Below are positions 27,862-40,673 of a stretch of DNA of 64,000 nucleotides, piece by piece (position 1 is the stretch's first letter; each line of letters starts with the position of its first letter). Source of the DNA: Escherichia coli (lineage in GTDB: Bacteria; Pseudomonadota; Gammaproteobacteria; Enterobacterales; Enterobacteriaceae); assembly GCF_022846255.1 (NCBI RefSeq), contig NZ_AP025682.1; one strand, given 5' to 3'. A model generated the notes under the pieces. That model ran no database searches. It was not told where the DNA came from and saw only the letters and a program-made list of their open reading frames with translations. The position numbers and the translations under genes are program-made.

Positions 27862-28073
27862 ATCTTTGTGTTGCTGAACTTATGCAAAATTTTTTTGCAC
27901 CATAAATCCAACAACACATTCAATAACACATTGCTGTATCACTATGAAAATAAATGTGTTTTTATTTGATTTCACACATATCACAATTGATGCATTTTTT
28001 AGTGATTAACAGCGCCATAAGGAAACTCTCAAAACAACACAAACCGGGCGGGCATTATACGCGCATTCTTTAC

Positions 28074-28922
28074 TCAGACCAGTTTTTTCACCAGCGCTTC
28101 GCTATGACGAATACGTTCTGGTGCCAGTTCCAGATCCTGCTGAATCAGCGCAATGAACAGCAAATCCGTTAACATTCCCTGCGCGTGACAAGCAGAGATT
28201 GAAGCACTGTTTGTCGCTTGTTCTTCGGCAATGGTATACAGGCAATGAGAAGCACGCTGTTGCAGGGCATTGGGAGTAAAGCCGGTAATAGCCAGCACTT
28301 TTCCGCCCACTCGCAGCATCTCATCTGCCGCCAGGTTTAACTCGCGTCGTACACCGGTGTAGGAAATGGCTAATAACAGATCGTCAGGGGACGACGCCTG
28401 TACTGTAGCGAGTAGCGCATGCATATCGCGCACTGCGGCAGCATTGAAGCCAATCTTCATCAGCTTCCAGGCAAAGTTTTGCGCCACCAGACCCGAAGCG
28501 CCAATACCGGTCAGAATTATCCGCCGCGCAGAGCGCAACATTGCCACGCATTCATGCAGTTTCTCTTCACTATTAACGTTTAACGTTGCGTACATAGCGG
28601 CAGTATTTTCTTTAATCAGTTTTTCGCCGACCAGCCGTAACGGATCATCACCGCGGATTTGGTTATGAATGGGCACGGAGGGAGATTCCGGCTGGCTTGC
28701 CAGCGCTTCACTCAACGCCAACTTTAGTGCCGGAAAACCTTTATAGCCGAGTTTTTGCGCGAACTTCACGACGCTGGATTGACTGACTCCGGCTTCGTTG
28801 GCCAGTTGCTGAGAGCTTAAATGGCGCGCCGTATCAGGTTGTAGCAGCAGATAATCCGCCAGTTTTTTATCACTCTGGGCAAGCCCCTGGTAACGCTGAC
28901 GGATACGAAGTAAGCCGTTCAT
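28074..28922 (-). CDS. yfhH: RpiR/SIS-family transcriptional regulator YfhH
   Basis: 282 aa from MNGLLRIRQRY; N-terminal HTH, SIS domain (ILTGIGASGLVAQ); conserved context next to pgpC-tadA-mltF-purL. Confidence 0.8.
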   Translation of the reverse strand: MNGLLRIRQRYQGLAQSDKKLADYLLLQPDTARHLSSQQLANEAGVSQSSVVKFAQKLGYKGFPALKLALSEALASQPESPSVPIHNQIRGDDPLRLVGEKLIKENTAAMYATLNVNSEEKLHECVAMLRSARRIILTGIGASGLVAQNFAWKLMKIGFNAAAVRDMHALLATVQASSPDDLLLAISYTGVRRELNLAADEMLRVGGKVLAITGFTPNALQQRASHCLYTIAEEQATNSASISACHAQGMLTDLLFIALIQQDLELAPERIRHSEALVKKLV

Positions 28923-29130
28923 ATCTTTCCTCGCGATGAAATAATGGCGACAACAGGCAATATGAGACAAACGCGAGTGAATTTTATATTCCATTGCCGC
29001 TAATTGCCATGAATTAAAAATTCCAGTTAGCCATGATGCGGTCGATTGTTGCCGGAAAAGTGATGATCTATCTGTTAGGCTATGTAGTAGCGAAAATTAA
29101 TCAGGATGTTTCAGTCCAGAGGAGTATGGT

Positions 29131-29766
29131 TTGGCAACTCACGAGCGTCGTGTGGTGTTTTTTGACTTAGATGGAACATTGCATCAGCAGGATATGTTCG
29201 GCAGTTTTTTGCGTTATTTACTGCGTCGCCAACCGCTGAATGCGTTACTTGTTCTGCCGTTGTTGCCGATCATAGCCATTGCGTTATTGATAAAAGGTCG
29301 TGCGGCACGCTGGCCGATGAGTCTGCTTCTGTGGGGATGCACTTTTGGTCACAATGAAGCGCGTTTGCAGGCGTTGCAGGCCGATTTCGTACGCTGGTTT
29401 CGTGACAATGTTACCGCCTTTCCGCTGGTTCAGGAGCGATTAACCACCTACCTGTTAAGTTCCGATGCTGATATCTGGTTGATTACCGGCTCTCCGCAGC
29501 CGCTGGTTGAAGCGGTTTATTTCGATACGCCCTGGCTGCCGCGGGTTAATCTTATCGCCAGTCAGATTCAGCGTGGCTATGGTGGTTGGGTATTGACGAT
29601 GCGTTGTCTGGGACATGAAAAGGTCGCGCAACTGGAGCGCAAAATCGGCACGCCGCTGCGGCTGTACAGTGGCTATAGCGACAGTAATCAGGACAACCCG
29701 CTGCTTTATTTCTGTCAGCATCGTTGGCGAGTAACTCCGCGCGGTGAACTCCAGCAACTGGAATAG
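29131..29766 (+). CDS. pgpC: Phosphatidylglycerophosphatase C (HAD family)
   Basis: 211 aa; HAD motif FFDLDGTL; synteny with tadA. Confidence 0.8.
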   Translation: MATHERRVVFFDLDGTLHQQDMFGSFLRYLLRRQPLNALLVLPLLPIIAIALLIKGRAARWPMSLLLWGCTFGHNEARLQALQADFVRWFRDNVTAFPLVQERLTTYLLSSDADIWLITGSPQPLVEAVYFDTPWLPRVNLIASQIQRGYGGWVLTMRCLGHEKVAQLERKIGTPLRLYSGYSDSNQDNPLLYFCQHRWRVTPRGELQQLE

Positions 29767-29778
29767 AGTAAAGCATAG

Positions 29779-31880
<2,102 letters not shown>

Positions 31881-32045
31881 TTAGTTAATTCTCTGTGTCG
31901 TGCGCGTCCCAGCTTGAAAAAACGTAATAATAGTGAAAGGTTTACTCATAAATGAGCGGCATTTTGCGTAAACCTGCGCCAGTTGGCAACTTATTACAGC
32001 CATTGGCGGCACGCGTTGCTAATTCACGATGGTGATTTTATTTCC

Positions 32046-32061
32046 ACGCAAACGGTTTCGT
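32046..32061 (+). promoter_or_regulatory. PurR operator (pur box) in purL control region
   Basis: ACGCAAACGGTTTCGT matches the pur-box consensus, about 90 bp upstream of the purL start. Confidence 0.6.
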
Positions 32062-32137
32062 CAGCGCATCAGATTCTTTATAATGACGCCCGTTTCCCCC
32101 CCTTGGGTACACCGAAAGCTTAGAAGACGAGAGACTT

Positions 32138-35100
32138 ATGATGGAAATTCTGCGTGGTTCGCCTGCATTGTCGGCATTCCGAATCAACAAACTGCTGGCA
32201 CGTTTTCAGGCTGCCAGGCTCCTGGTTCACACTATTTACGCCGAGTATGTCCATTTTGCTGACCTCAATGCGCCGTTAAACGATGATGAGCACGCACAAC
32301 TTGAACGCCTGCTGAAATATGGCCCGGCACTCGCCAGCCACGCCCCGCAAGGCAAACTCCTGCTGGTGACCCCGCGTCCTGGCACCATCTCTCCCTGGTC
32401 TTCGAAAGCGACCGATATTGCCCATAACTGCGGGCTGCAACAGGTAAACCGCCTTGAGCGCGGCGTTGCTTACTATATAGAAGCCGGTACGCTGACCAAT
32501 GAACAATGGCAGCAGGTTACCGCTGAACTGCACGACCGCATGATGGAAACGGTCTTTTTTGCTTTAGATGATGCAGAGCAGCTGTTTGCACACCATCAAC
32601 CGACTCCGGTCACCAGCGTTGATTTGCTGGGGCAGGGCCGTCAGGCGCTAATCGACGCTAACCTGCGTCTTGGCCTGGCACTGGCGGAAGATGAAATTGA
32701 CTATTTGCAGGATGCTTTCACAAAGCTTGGTCGTAACCCGAACGACATCGAACTGTATATGTTTGCCCAGGCGAACTCCGAGCACTGCCGCCACAAAATT
32801 TTTAACGCCGACTGGGTTATCGATGGTGAACAGCAGCCGAAATCGCTATTTAAGATGATCAAAAACACCTTCGAAACCACGCCGGATCACGTTCTCTCTG
32901 CTTATAAAGATAACGCCGCCGTAATGGAAGGTTCTGAAGTGGGCCGCTACTTTGCTGACCACGAAACGGGCCGCTACGATTTCCATCAGGAACCGGCGCA
33001 TATTCTGATGAAAGTCGAAACTCACAACCACCCGACGGCGATTTCTCCGTGGCCGGGCGCGGCGACCGGTTCCGGCGGTGAAATCCGCGATGAAGGTGCC
33101 ACCGGACGTGGCGCAAAGCCGAAAGCCGGTCTGGTTGGTTTCTCCGTATCCAACCTGCGAATTCCTGGCTTCGAACAGCCGTGGGAAGAAGATTTCGGTA
33201 AACCTGAGCGCATTGTTACCGCGCTGGACATCATGACCGAAGGCCCGCTGGGCGGTGCGGCGTTTAACAACGAATTTGGTCGTCCGGCACTGAACGGCTA
33301 CTTCCGTACTTATGAAGAAAAAGTGAACAGCCACAATGGCGAAGAGCTGCGCGGTTATCACAAACCGATCATGCTGGCGGGTGGGATCGGCAACATTCGC
33401 GCCGATCACGTACAAAAAGGCGAGATCAACGTTGGTGCGAAGCTGGTCGTTCTCGGCGGCCCGGCAATGAACATCGGTCTTGGCGGCGGCGCGGCGTCTT
33501 CCATGGCATCTGGTCAGTCTGATGCCGACCTCGACTTTGCTTCCGTACAGCGCGACAACCCGGAGATGGAGCGTCGCTGCCAGGAAGTGATCGACCGTTG
33601 CTGGCAGCTTGGTGATGCCAACCCAATCCTGTTTATCCACGACGTTGGCGCAGGCGGTCTTTCTAACGCCATGCCGGAACTGGTGAGCGACGGCGGGCGC
33701 GGCGGTAAATTTGAACTGCGCGATATCCTGAGCGACGAACCGGGCATGAGCCCGCTGGAAATCTGGTGTAACGAATCCCAGGAACGCTACGTGCTGGCGG
33801 TTGCTGCCGATCAGTTACCGCTGTTTGACGAACTGTGTAAGCGTGAGCGCGCACCCTACGCGGTGATTGGTGAAGCGACCGAAGAACTGCATCTTTCTTT
33901 GCACGATCGTCATTTTGATAATCAGCCGATTGATCTACCGCTGGACGTACTGCTTGGCAAAACGCCGAAGATGACCCGCGATGTACAAACGCTGAAAGCG
34001 AAAGGCGACGCGCTGGCCCGTGAAGGGATCACCATCGCTGACGCGGTGAAACGCGTGCTGCATCTGCCGACCGTGGCGGAGAAAACTTTCCTGGTGACCA
34101 TCGGTGACCGCAGCGTAACCGGCATGGTGGCGCGCGATCAGATGGTGGGGCCGTGGCAGGTGCCGGTCGCTAACTGCGCGGTCACTACCGCCAGCCTCGA
34201 CAGCTACTATGGCGAAGCGATGGCAATTGGCGAACGTGCGCCAGTTGCGCTGCTGGATTTCGCCGCTTCTGCCCGTCTGGCAGTCGGTGAAGCGCTAACC
34301 AACATCGCCGCAACACAAATTGGCGATATCAAACGCATTAAACTTTCCGCCAACTGGATGGCGGCGGCAGGCCACCCTGGTGAAGATGCTGGCCTGTATG
34401 AAGCCGTTAAAGCTGTGGGTGAAGAACTTTGTCCGGCGCTGGGCCTGACGATACCGGTGGGTAAAGACTCTATGTCGATGAAAACCCGCTGGCAGGAAGG
34501 TAACGAAGAGCGCGAAATGACGTCGCCGTTGTCGCTGGTGATTTCCGCATTTGCCCGCGTGGAAGATGTACGTCACACCATTACGCCGCAGCTTTCTACC
34601 GAAGATAACGCACTGTTGCTGATTGATTTGGGCAAAGGCAATAACGCGCTGGGCGCAACGGCACTGGCGCAGGTTTATCGTCAGCTTGGCGACAAACCGG
34701 CAGATGTACGCGATGTTGCCCAACTGAAAGGTTTCTATGACGCGATTCAGGCACTGGTTGCACAGCGTAAGCTGCTCGCGTACCACGACCGCTCTGACGG
34801 TGGCCTGCTGGTGACGCTGGCGGAAATGGCGTTTGCTGGTCATTGTGGCATTGACGCAGATATCGCCACTCTGGGTGACGATCGTCTGGCTGCATTGTTT
34901 AGCGAAGAACTGGGTGCGGTGATTCAGGTGCGAGCCGCTGACCGTGAAGCCGTTGAAGCGGTACTGGCACAGCATGGGCTTGCTGATTGCGTCCATTATG
35001 TTGGGCAGGCGGTTTCCGGTGACCGTTTTGTGATTACCGCCAACGGGCAGACTGTATTTAGCGAAAGCCGCACCACGTTGCGTGTCTGGTGGGCAGAAAC

Positions 35101-36025
35101 TACCTGGCAGATGCAGCGCCTGCGTGACAACCCGGAGTGTGCCGATCAGGAACATCAGGCGAAATCAAACGACGCCGATCCGGGCCTTAATGTGAAACTG
35201 TCGTTCGATATCAACGAAGATGTGGCAGCACCGTTTATTGCCACTGGCGCGCGTCCGAAAGTTGCTGTGCTGCGTGAGCAGGGCGTGAACTCCCATGTTG
35301 AAATGGCGGCAGCTTTCCACCGTGCAGGCTTCGATGCTATCGACGTGCATATGAGCGATCTGCTGGCTGGACGCACGGGCCTGGAGGGTTTCCACGCCCT
35401 GGTCGCGTGCGGTGGTTTTTCCTACGGTGATGTGCTGGGCGCTGGTGAAGGTTGGGCGAAGTCTATCCTGTTCAATGACCGTGTACGCGATGAGTTTGCA
35501 ACCTTCTTCCATCGTCCGCAAACGCTGGCGCTGGGGGTATGTAACGGTTGCCAGATGATGTCTAATCTGCGTGAACTGATCCCAGGTAGCGAGTTGTGGC
35601 CACGTTTTGTGCGTAACACCTCCGATCGCTTTGAAGCGCGTTTCAGTCTGGTAGAAGTAACCCAAAGCCCGTCGCTGCTGTTGCAGGGGATGGTGGGCTC
35701 GCAGATGCCGATTGCTGTCTCTCACGGTGAAGGGCGCGTTGAAGTGCGCGATGCGGCGCATCTGGCGGCACTGGAAAGCAAAGGGCTGGTGGCACTGCGC
35801 TATGTCGATAACTTCGGCAAAGTCACTGAAACCTACCCGGCTAACCCGAACGGTTCACCGAACGGTATTACGGCGGTCACGACTGAAAGTGGTCGAGTCA
35901 CCATTATGATGCCGCACCCGGAACGAGTTTTCCGTACTGTCAGCAACTCCTGGCATCCGGAAAACTGGGGCGAGGATGGCCCATGGATGCGCATTTTCCG
36001 CAATGCACGTAAGCAGTTGGGGTAA
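32138..36025 (+). CDS. purL: Phosphoribosylformylglycinamidine synthase
   Basis: 1295 aa; FGAM synthetase with C-terminal glutamine amidotransferase domain. Confidence 0.95.
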   Translation: MMEILRGSPALSAFRINKLLARFQAARLLVHTIYAEYVHFADLNAPLNDDEHAQLERLLKYGPALASHAPQGKLLLVTPRPGTISPWSSKATDIAHNCGLQQVNRLERGVAYYIEAGTLTNEQWQQVTAELHDRMMETVFFALDDAEQLFAHHQPTPVTSVDLLGQGRQALIDANLRLGLALAEDEIDYLQDAFTKLGRNPNDIELYMFAQANSEHCRHKIFNADWVIDGEQQPKSLFKMIKNTFETTPDHVLSAYKDNAAVMEGSEVGRYFADHETGRYDFHQEPAHILMKVETHNHPTAISPWPGAATGSGGEIRDEGATGRGAKPKAGLVGFSVSNLRIPGFEQPWEEDFGKPERIVTALDIMTEGPLGGAAFNNEFGRPALNGYFRTYEEKVNSHNGEELRGYHKPIMLAGGIGNIRADHVQKGEINVGAKLVVLGGPAMNIGLGGGAASSMASGQSDADLDFASVQRDNPEMERRCQEVIDRCWQLGDANPILFIHDVGAGGLSNAMPELVSDGGRGGKFELRDILSDEPGMSPLEIWCNESQERYVLAVAADQLPLFDELCKRERAPYAVIGEATEELHLSLHDRHFDNQPIDLPLDVLLGKTPKMTRDVQTLKAKGDALAREGITIADAVKRVLHLPTVAEKTFLVTIGDRSVTGMVARDQMVGPWQVPVANCAVTTASLDSYYGEAMAIGERAPVALLDFAASARLAVGEALTNIAATQIGDIKRIKLSANWMAAAGHPGEDAGLYEAVKAVGEELCPALGLTIPVGKDSMSMKTRWQEGNEEREMTSPLSLVISAFARVEDVRHTITPQLSTEDNALLLIDLGKGNNALGATALAQVYRQLGDKPADVRDVAQLKGFYDAIQALVAQRKLLAYHDRSDGGLLVTLAEMAFAGHCGIDADIATLGDDRLAALFSEELGAVIQVRAADREAVEAVLAQHGLADCVHYVGQAVSGDRFVITANGQTVFSESRTTLRVWWAETTWQMQRLRDNPECADQEHQAKSNDADPGLNVKLSFDINEDVAAPFIATGARPKVAVLREQGVNSHVEMAAAFHRAGFDAIDVHMSDLLAGRTGLEGFHALVACGGFSYGDVLGAGEGWAKSILFNDRVRDEFATFFHRPQTLALGVCNGCQMMSNLRELIPGSELWPRFVRNTSDRFEARFSLVEVTQSPSLLLQGMVGSQMPIAVSHGEGRVEVRDAAHLAALESKGLVALRYVDNFGKVTETYPANPNGSPNGITAVTTESGRVTIMMPHPERVFRTVSNSWHPENWGEDGPWMRIFRNARKQLG

Positions 36026-36048
36026 GTCGTCAACCCATTGGTATTGCA

Positions 36049-36080
36049 GCCCGGATGAGGCATTCACGCCGCATCCGGCA
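36049..36080. repeat. REP-like palindromic element
   Basis: GCCCGGATGAGGCATTCACGCCGCATCCGGCA with CCGGATG / CATCCGG inverted arms. Confidence 0.5.
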
Positions 36081-36102
36081 TTAAGCACCAACCGCTATTA
36101 TG

Positions 36103-36127
36103 AGCTCCCAACTTCGGGAGCTTTTTT
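36103..36127 (+). terminator. Rho-independent terminator downstream of purL
   Basis: AGCTCCC-loop-GGGAGCT followed by T6. Confidence 0.6.
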
Positions 36128-36128
36128 G

Positions 36129-36243
36129 TGTCTGTAAATCACGACAATGGGTGGTTTGCCGTGTCGCTTTTTGGTGACACTTAACTCATTGATTTTAATA
36201 TTATCTAATAAGTTTATCTTAAGTTGTCTCTTTTTAGCGACAC
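36129..36243 (+). promoter_or_regulatory. Three TGTC-N10-GACA sites (GlrR-type sigma54 activator binding sites) upstream of glmY
   Basis: Sites at 36129-36146, 36162-36179 and 36226-36243, each exactly TGTC-N10-GACA. Confidence 0.65.
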
Positions 36244-36331
36244 AGTGGCTGATTTACATTCAAATAGCGGAGAAGCCATAAACCCCTCAAAGCAGCGTAT
36301 AATCAGTATGTTACCAAACTATTTTCTTTAT

Positions 36332-36351
36332 TGGCACAGTTACTGCATAAT
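36332..36351 (+). promoter_or_regulatory. Overlapping sigma54 (-24 TGGCAC / -12 TGCA) and sigma70 (-10 CATAAT) promoters of glmY
   Basis: TGGCACagttacTGCATAAT with GG-to-GC spacing of 12; predicted start about 36359. Confidence 0.65.
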
Positions 36352-36358
36352 AGTAAGC

Positions 36359-36543
36359 AGTGGCTCATTCGCCGACTTATGTCAGCCCCTTCGGGACGTG
36401 CTACATAAAATTCGAATGACGCACAACAAGGTGCCTGCCGTCCAACTTCTGATATCAGCGTAGCTATATCAACCATCGGGCGAAACGTCGAGTTAGGCAC
36501 CGCCTTATTCCATAACAAAGCCGGGTAATTCCCGGCTTTGTTG
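36359..36543 (+). ncRNA. glmY: Small regulatory RNA GlmY
   Basis: Begins AGTGGCTCATTC right after the sigma54/sigma70 promoter and ends at hairpin AAAGCCGGG-TAATT-CCCGGCTTT plus U-run; lies between purL and glrK. Confidence 0.75.
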
Positions 36544-36600
36544 TATCTGAACTTCCCCTCGGTTAGCATCAGGCTATTCGCGTCTGACGAGAGTAACGCC

Positions 36601-38028
36601 TTGAAACGCTGGCCCGTTTTTCCCCGCTCATTACGACAACTGGTAATGCTGGCATTTTTGCTGATTCTGCTGCCCCTGTTGGTGCTGGCATGGCAAGCCT
36701 GGCAAAGCCTGAATGCACTTAGCGATCAGGCGGCGCTGGTTAACCGCACTACGCTTATTGATGCCCGGCGCAGTGAAGCGATGACCAACGCGGCACTGGA
36801 GATGGAGCGCAGCTATCGTCAGTACTGCGTGCTGGACGACCCTACGCTTGCGAAGGTTTATCAAAGCCAGCGCAAGCGTTACAGCGAAATGCTCGATGCC
36901 CACGCAGGCGTGCTGCCGGACGATAAACTCTACCAGGCATTACGTCAGGATTTGAACAATCTGGCTCAACTTCAGTGTAACAACAGCGGTCCCGATGCTG
37001 CTGCCGCCGCGCGTCTGGAAGCCTTTGCCAGTGCCAATACCGAAATGGTGCAGGCCACGCGCACAGTGGTGTTCTCTCGTGGGCAGCAACTTCAGCGTGA
37101 AATCGCCGAACGTGGGCAATATTTTGGTTGGCAATCGCTGGTGCTATTTCTGGTGAGTCTGGTGATGGTACTGCTTTTCACGAGGATGATTATCGGTCCG
37201 GTGAAAAATATCGAGCGCATGATCAACCGGCTGGGGGAAGGGCGTTCTCTGGGCAATAGCGTCTCGTTCAGTGGACCGAGCGAGTTACGCTCGGTTGGGC
37301 AACGTATTCTTTGGTTAAGTGAGCGCCTGTCATGGCTGGAATCCCAACGCCATCAATTTTTAAGACATTTATCTCATGAATTAAAAACGCCACTGGCGAG
37401 TATGCGCGAGGGCACTGAATTACTGGCTGATCAGGTTGTCGGGCCGCTTACGCCAGAGCAAAAAGAGGTGGTGAGCATTCTTGATAGCAGCAGCCGCAAT
37501 TTGCAAAAGCTGATCGAACAACTGCTTGATTACAACCGTAAACAGGCGGACAGTGCGGTGGAACTGGAGAATGTTGAGTTAGCACCGCTGGTGGAGACAG
37601 TGGTTTCTGCTCATAGCCTGCCCGCACGGGCTAAAATGATGCATACCGACGTTGATCTCAAAGCAACAGCTTGCCTGGCGGAGCCAATGCTGCTGATGAG
37701 CGTACTGGATAATCTTTACTCCAATGCGGTGCACTACGGGGCTGAATCCGGTAACATTTGCCTTCGCAGCAGTTTACATGGTGCGCGGGTTTATATTGAT
37801 GTCATCAATACAGGCACGCCCATTCCGCAAGAGGAACGCGCCATGATCTTCGAACCCTTTTTTCAGGGAAGCCACCAGCGAAAAGGGGCGGTGAAGGGCA
37901 GCGGTCTGGGATTAAGCATTGCCAGGGATTGTATTCGCCGTATGCAAGGGGAACTGTATCTGGTCGACGAGAGCGGGCAAGACGTTTGTTTCCGCATTGA
38001 ATTACCGTCGTCGAAAAACACGAAATAA
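36601..38028 (+). CDS. glrK: Sensor histidine kinase GlrK
   Basis: TM helices, H-box (LSHELKTPL), ATPase domain; 475 aa from the TTG at 36601 (ORF track starts earlier at 36538). Confidence 0.85.
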   Translation: MKRWPVFPRSLRQLVMLAFLLILLPLLVLAWQAWQSLNALSDQAALVNRTTLIDARRSEAMTNAALEMERSYRQYCVLDDPTLAKVYQSQRKRYSEMLDAHAGVLPDDKLYQALRQDLNNLAQLQCNNSGPDAAAAARLEAFASANTEMVQATRTVVFSRGQQLQREIAERGQYFGWQSLVLFLVSLVMVLLFTRMIIGPVKNIERMINRLGEGRSLGNSVSFSGPSELRSVGQRILWLSERLSWLESQRHQFLRHLSHELKTPLASMREGTELLADQVVGPLTPEQKEVVSILDSSSRNLQKLIEQLLDYNRKQADSAVELENVELAPLVETVVSAHSLPARAKMMHTDVDLKATACLAEPMLLMSVLDNLYSNAVHYGAESGNICLRSSLHGARVYIDVINTGTPIPQEERAMIFEPFFQGSHQRKGAVKGSGLGLSIARDCIRRMQGELYLVDESGQDVCFRIELPSSKNTK

Positions 38029-38186
38029 TGCTAACAGCCCATCCCATCAGGCTATTTTATTTGTCAGTTCGGCCCCGGGCAGTGCTCGAAATCTTCACGT
38101 ACGACATGTACGCTCCGGTTTCTCCGCGCTGTCCATGTCCAAACTGCCTGCAACAATTACGCCCACTGGGATAGGCTTTAAGTCTG

Positions 38187-38906
38187 GTGAATATGCGACA
38201 CATTTTTCAACGATTATTGCCCCGACGGCTGTGGCTGGCAGGGCTGCCATGTCTGGCATTGCTGGGTTGCGTGCAGAGTCACAATAGGCCAGCCATTGAT
38301 ACGCCAGCAGAAGAAAAAATTCCGGTTTATCAACTGGCTGACTATCTTTCTACTGAATGTAGCGACATCTGGGCGCTGCAAGGTAAATCTACCGAAACCA
38401 ATCCGCTTTACTGGCTGCGGGCGATGGATTGTGCTGATCGTTTAATGCCTGCGCAGTCGCGTCAGCAAGCCCGCCAATATGACGACGGCAACTGGCAAAA
38501 TACCTTTAAACAAGGGATTTTGCTCGCCGACGCCAAAATTACTCCGTATGAGCGCCGCCAGCTGGTCGCGCGCATTGATGCGCTAAGTACCGAGATCCCG
38601 GCACAGGTTCGCCCACTGTATCAACTTTGGCGCGACGGTCAGGCGCTGCAACTGCAACTGGCGGAAGAGCGCCAACGCTACAGCAAACTCCAGCAGTCCA
38701 GCGACAGCGAGCTGGATACTTTGCGCCAGCAACATCACGTTCTACAACAGCAACTGGAACTCACTACCCGCAAGCTGGAAAACCTGACCGATATTGAACG
38801 CCAGCTCTCGACCCGCAAACCGGCCGGAAATTTCTCGCCGGATACGCCGCACGAGAGTGAAAAGCCCGCGCCATCCACCGATGAGGTCACTCCTGATGAG
38901 CCATAA
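38187..38906 (+). CDS. qseG: Two-component-system accessory lipoprotein QseG
   Basis: Signal peptide with lipobox LLGCVQ; located between glrK and glrR. Confidence 0.8.
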   Translation: MNMRHIFQRLLPRRLWLAGLPCLALLGCVQSHNRPAIDTPAEEKIPVYQLADYLSTECSDIWALQGKSTETNPLYWLRAMDCADRLMPAQSRQQARQYDDGNWQNTFKQGILLADAKITPYERRQLVARIDALSTEIPAQVRPLYQLWRDGQALQLQLAEERQRYSKLQQSSDSELDTLRQQHHVLQQQLELTTRKLENLTDIERQLSTRKPAGNFSPDTPHESEKPAPSTDEVTPDEP

Positions 38907-40230
38907 ACCTGCGCATTTATTACTGGTCGATGACGATCCGGGATTGCTGAAACTGCTTGGCCTGCGCCTGACCAGCGAAGGCTACAGTGTGGTCACGGCG
39001 GAAAGTGGTGCTGAAGGATTGCGGGTACTGAATCGCGAAAAAGTAGATTTAGTCATCAGCGACCTGCGGATGGATGAAATGGACGGTATGCAGCTGTTTG
39101 CTGAAATCCAGAAAGTGCAGCCGGGAATGCCAGTAATTATTCTTACCGCGCATGGTTCTATTCCTGATGCCGTTGCTGCAACACAGCAGGGCGTGTTCAG
39201 TTTTCTCACCAAGCCTGTCGATAAAGATGCGCTATATCAGGCAATTGACGATGCGCTGGAACAATCCGCGCCAGCCACCGACGAACGTTGGCGCGAGGCG
39301 ATTGTCACCCGCAGCCCGCTGATGCTGCGCTTGCTGGAACAGGCGCGGCTGGTGGCACAATCAGACGTTAGCGTTTTGATTAACGGCCAGAGCGGCACCG
39401 GGAAAGAGATTTTCGCCCAGGCTATCCACAACGCCAGCCCGCGCAACAGCAAGCCATTTATTGCTATTAACTGTGGCGCATTACCCGAGCAATTGCTGGA
39501 GTCGGAGCTGTTTGGTCATGCACGTGGCGCGTTTACTGGCGCTGTCAGCAATCGCGAAGGTTTATTCCAGGCGGCGGAAGGCGGTACGCTATTTCTTGAT
39601 GAGATTGGCGATATGCCTGCACCGTTGCAGGTCAAACTGCTGCGCGTGTTGCAGGAGCGTAAAGTGCGCCCGCTGGGCAGTAACCGCGATATTGATATCG
39701 ACGTGCGGATTATTTCTGCGACCCACCGCGACCTGCCAAAAGCGATGGCGCGTGGGGAATTCCGTGAAGATCTTTATTACCGCCTCAATGTTGTCAGCCT
39801 GAAAATTCCGGCACTGGCGGAGCGCACAGAAGACATTCCGCTACTGGCAAATCACCTGTTGCGCCAGGCGGCAGAGCGACATAAACCGTTTGTCCGCGCG
39901 TTCTCCACCGATGCAATGAAACGCCTGATGACTGCGAGCTGGCCGGGCAACGTGCGCCAGTTGGTCAACGTGATTGAACAGTGCGTGGCGCTGACATCAT
40001 CTCCGGTAATTAGTGATGCGCTGGTGGAGCAGGCGCTGGAGGGCGAAAACACGGCGCTGCCAACCTTTGTTGAGGCGCGTAATCAGTTTGAACTCAACTA
40101 TTTGCGTAAGCTGCTGCAAATCACCAAAGGCAACGTCACCCACGCGGCGAGAATGGCGGGGCGCAACCGGACAGAATTTTATAAACTGCTTTCCCGACAC
40201 GAACTGGATGCAAACGATTTCAAGGAATGA
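38896..40230 (+). CDS. glrR: Sigma54-dependent response regulator GlrR
   Basis: Receiver domain (LLVDDD), AAA+ sigma54-interaction domain with GAFTGA motif, C-terminal HTH; start ATG overlaps qseG stop. Confidence 0.9.
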   Translation: MSHKPAHLLLVDDDPGLLKLLGLRLTSEGYSVVTAESGAEGLRVLNREKVDLVISDLRMDEMDGMQLFAEIQKVQPGMPVIILTAHGSIPDAVAATQQGVFSFLTKPVDKDALYQAIDDALEQSAPATDERWREAIVTRSPLMLRLLEQARLVAQSDVSVLINGQSGTGKEIFAQAIHNASPRNSKPFIAINCGALPEQLLESELFGHARGAFTGAVSNREGLFQAAEGGTLFLDEIGDMPAPLQVKLLRVLQERKVRPLGSNRDIDIDVRIISATHRDLPKAMARGEFREDLYYRLNVVSLKIPALAERTEDIPLLANHLLRQAAERHKPFVRAFSTDAMKRLMTASWPGNVRQLVNVIEQCVALTSSPVISDALVEQALEGENTALPTFVEARNQFELNYLRKLLQITKGNVTHAARMAGRNRTEFYKLLSRHELDANDFKE

Positions 40231-40254
40231 ATTGGCGTTATGTGTTACGTTTAG

Positions 40255-40629
<375 letters not shown>

Positions 40630-40641
40630 AACGCGTCAAGG

Positions 40642-40666
40642 GTTGCCGGATGTGTCCATCCGGCAA
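40642..40666. terminator. Bidirectional hairpin terminator between convergent glnB and hmp
   Basis: Perfect inverted repeat GTTGCCGGATG-TGT-CATCCGGCAAC. Confidence 0.6.
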
Positions 40667-40673
40667 CATCAAA

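Larger units (their letters stand above)
1..27950. mobile_element. Prophage (right-hand portion); mosaic of lambdoid-like replication/lysis modules and a Mu-like baseplate/tail-fibre module. Right boundary approximate; left end lies outside the window
   Basis: Contiguous same-strand phage gene order from primase to Pin-type invertase, then AT-rich cargo, abutting conserved chromosomal yfhH at 28074. No integrase or att repeat is visible in the window. Confidence 0.85.

Noticed and set aside
27920-28073. tRNA gene or att core at the prophage right end
   Set aside because: No cloverleaf-compatible sequence or obvious repeat seen by eye; cannot be resolved without the left end or a prophage-free reference.
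27954-28172. 72-aa plus-strand ORF at the prophage-chromosome junction
   Set aside because: Overlaps the 3' end of yfhH on the opposite strand; no RBS.
32846-33640. 264-aa minus-strand ORF (and others at 34295-35155, 35165-35761) inside purL
   Set aside because: Antisense to a highly conserved, full-length purL; Arg/Ala-rich translations typical of spurious antisense frames in GC-rich coding DNA.
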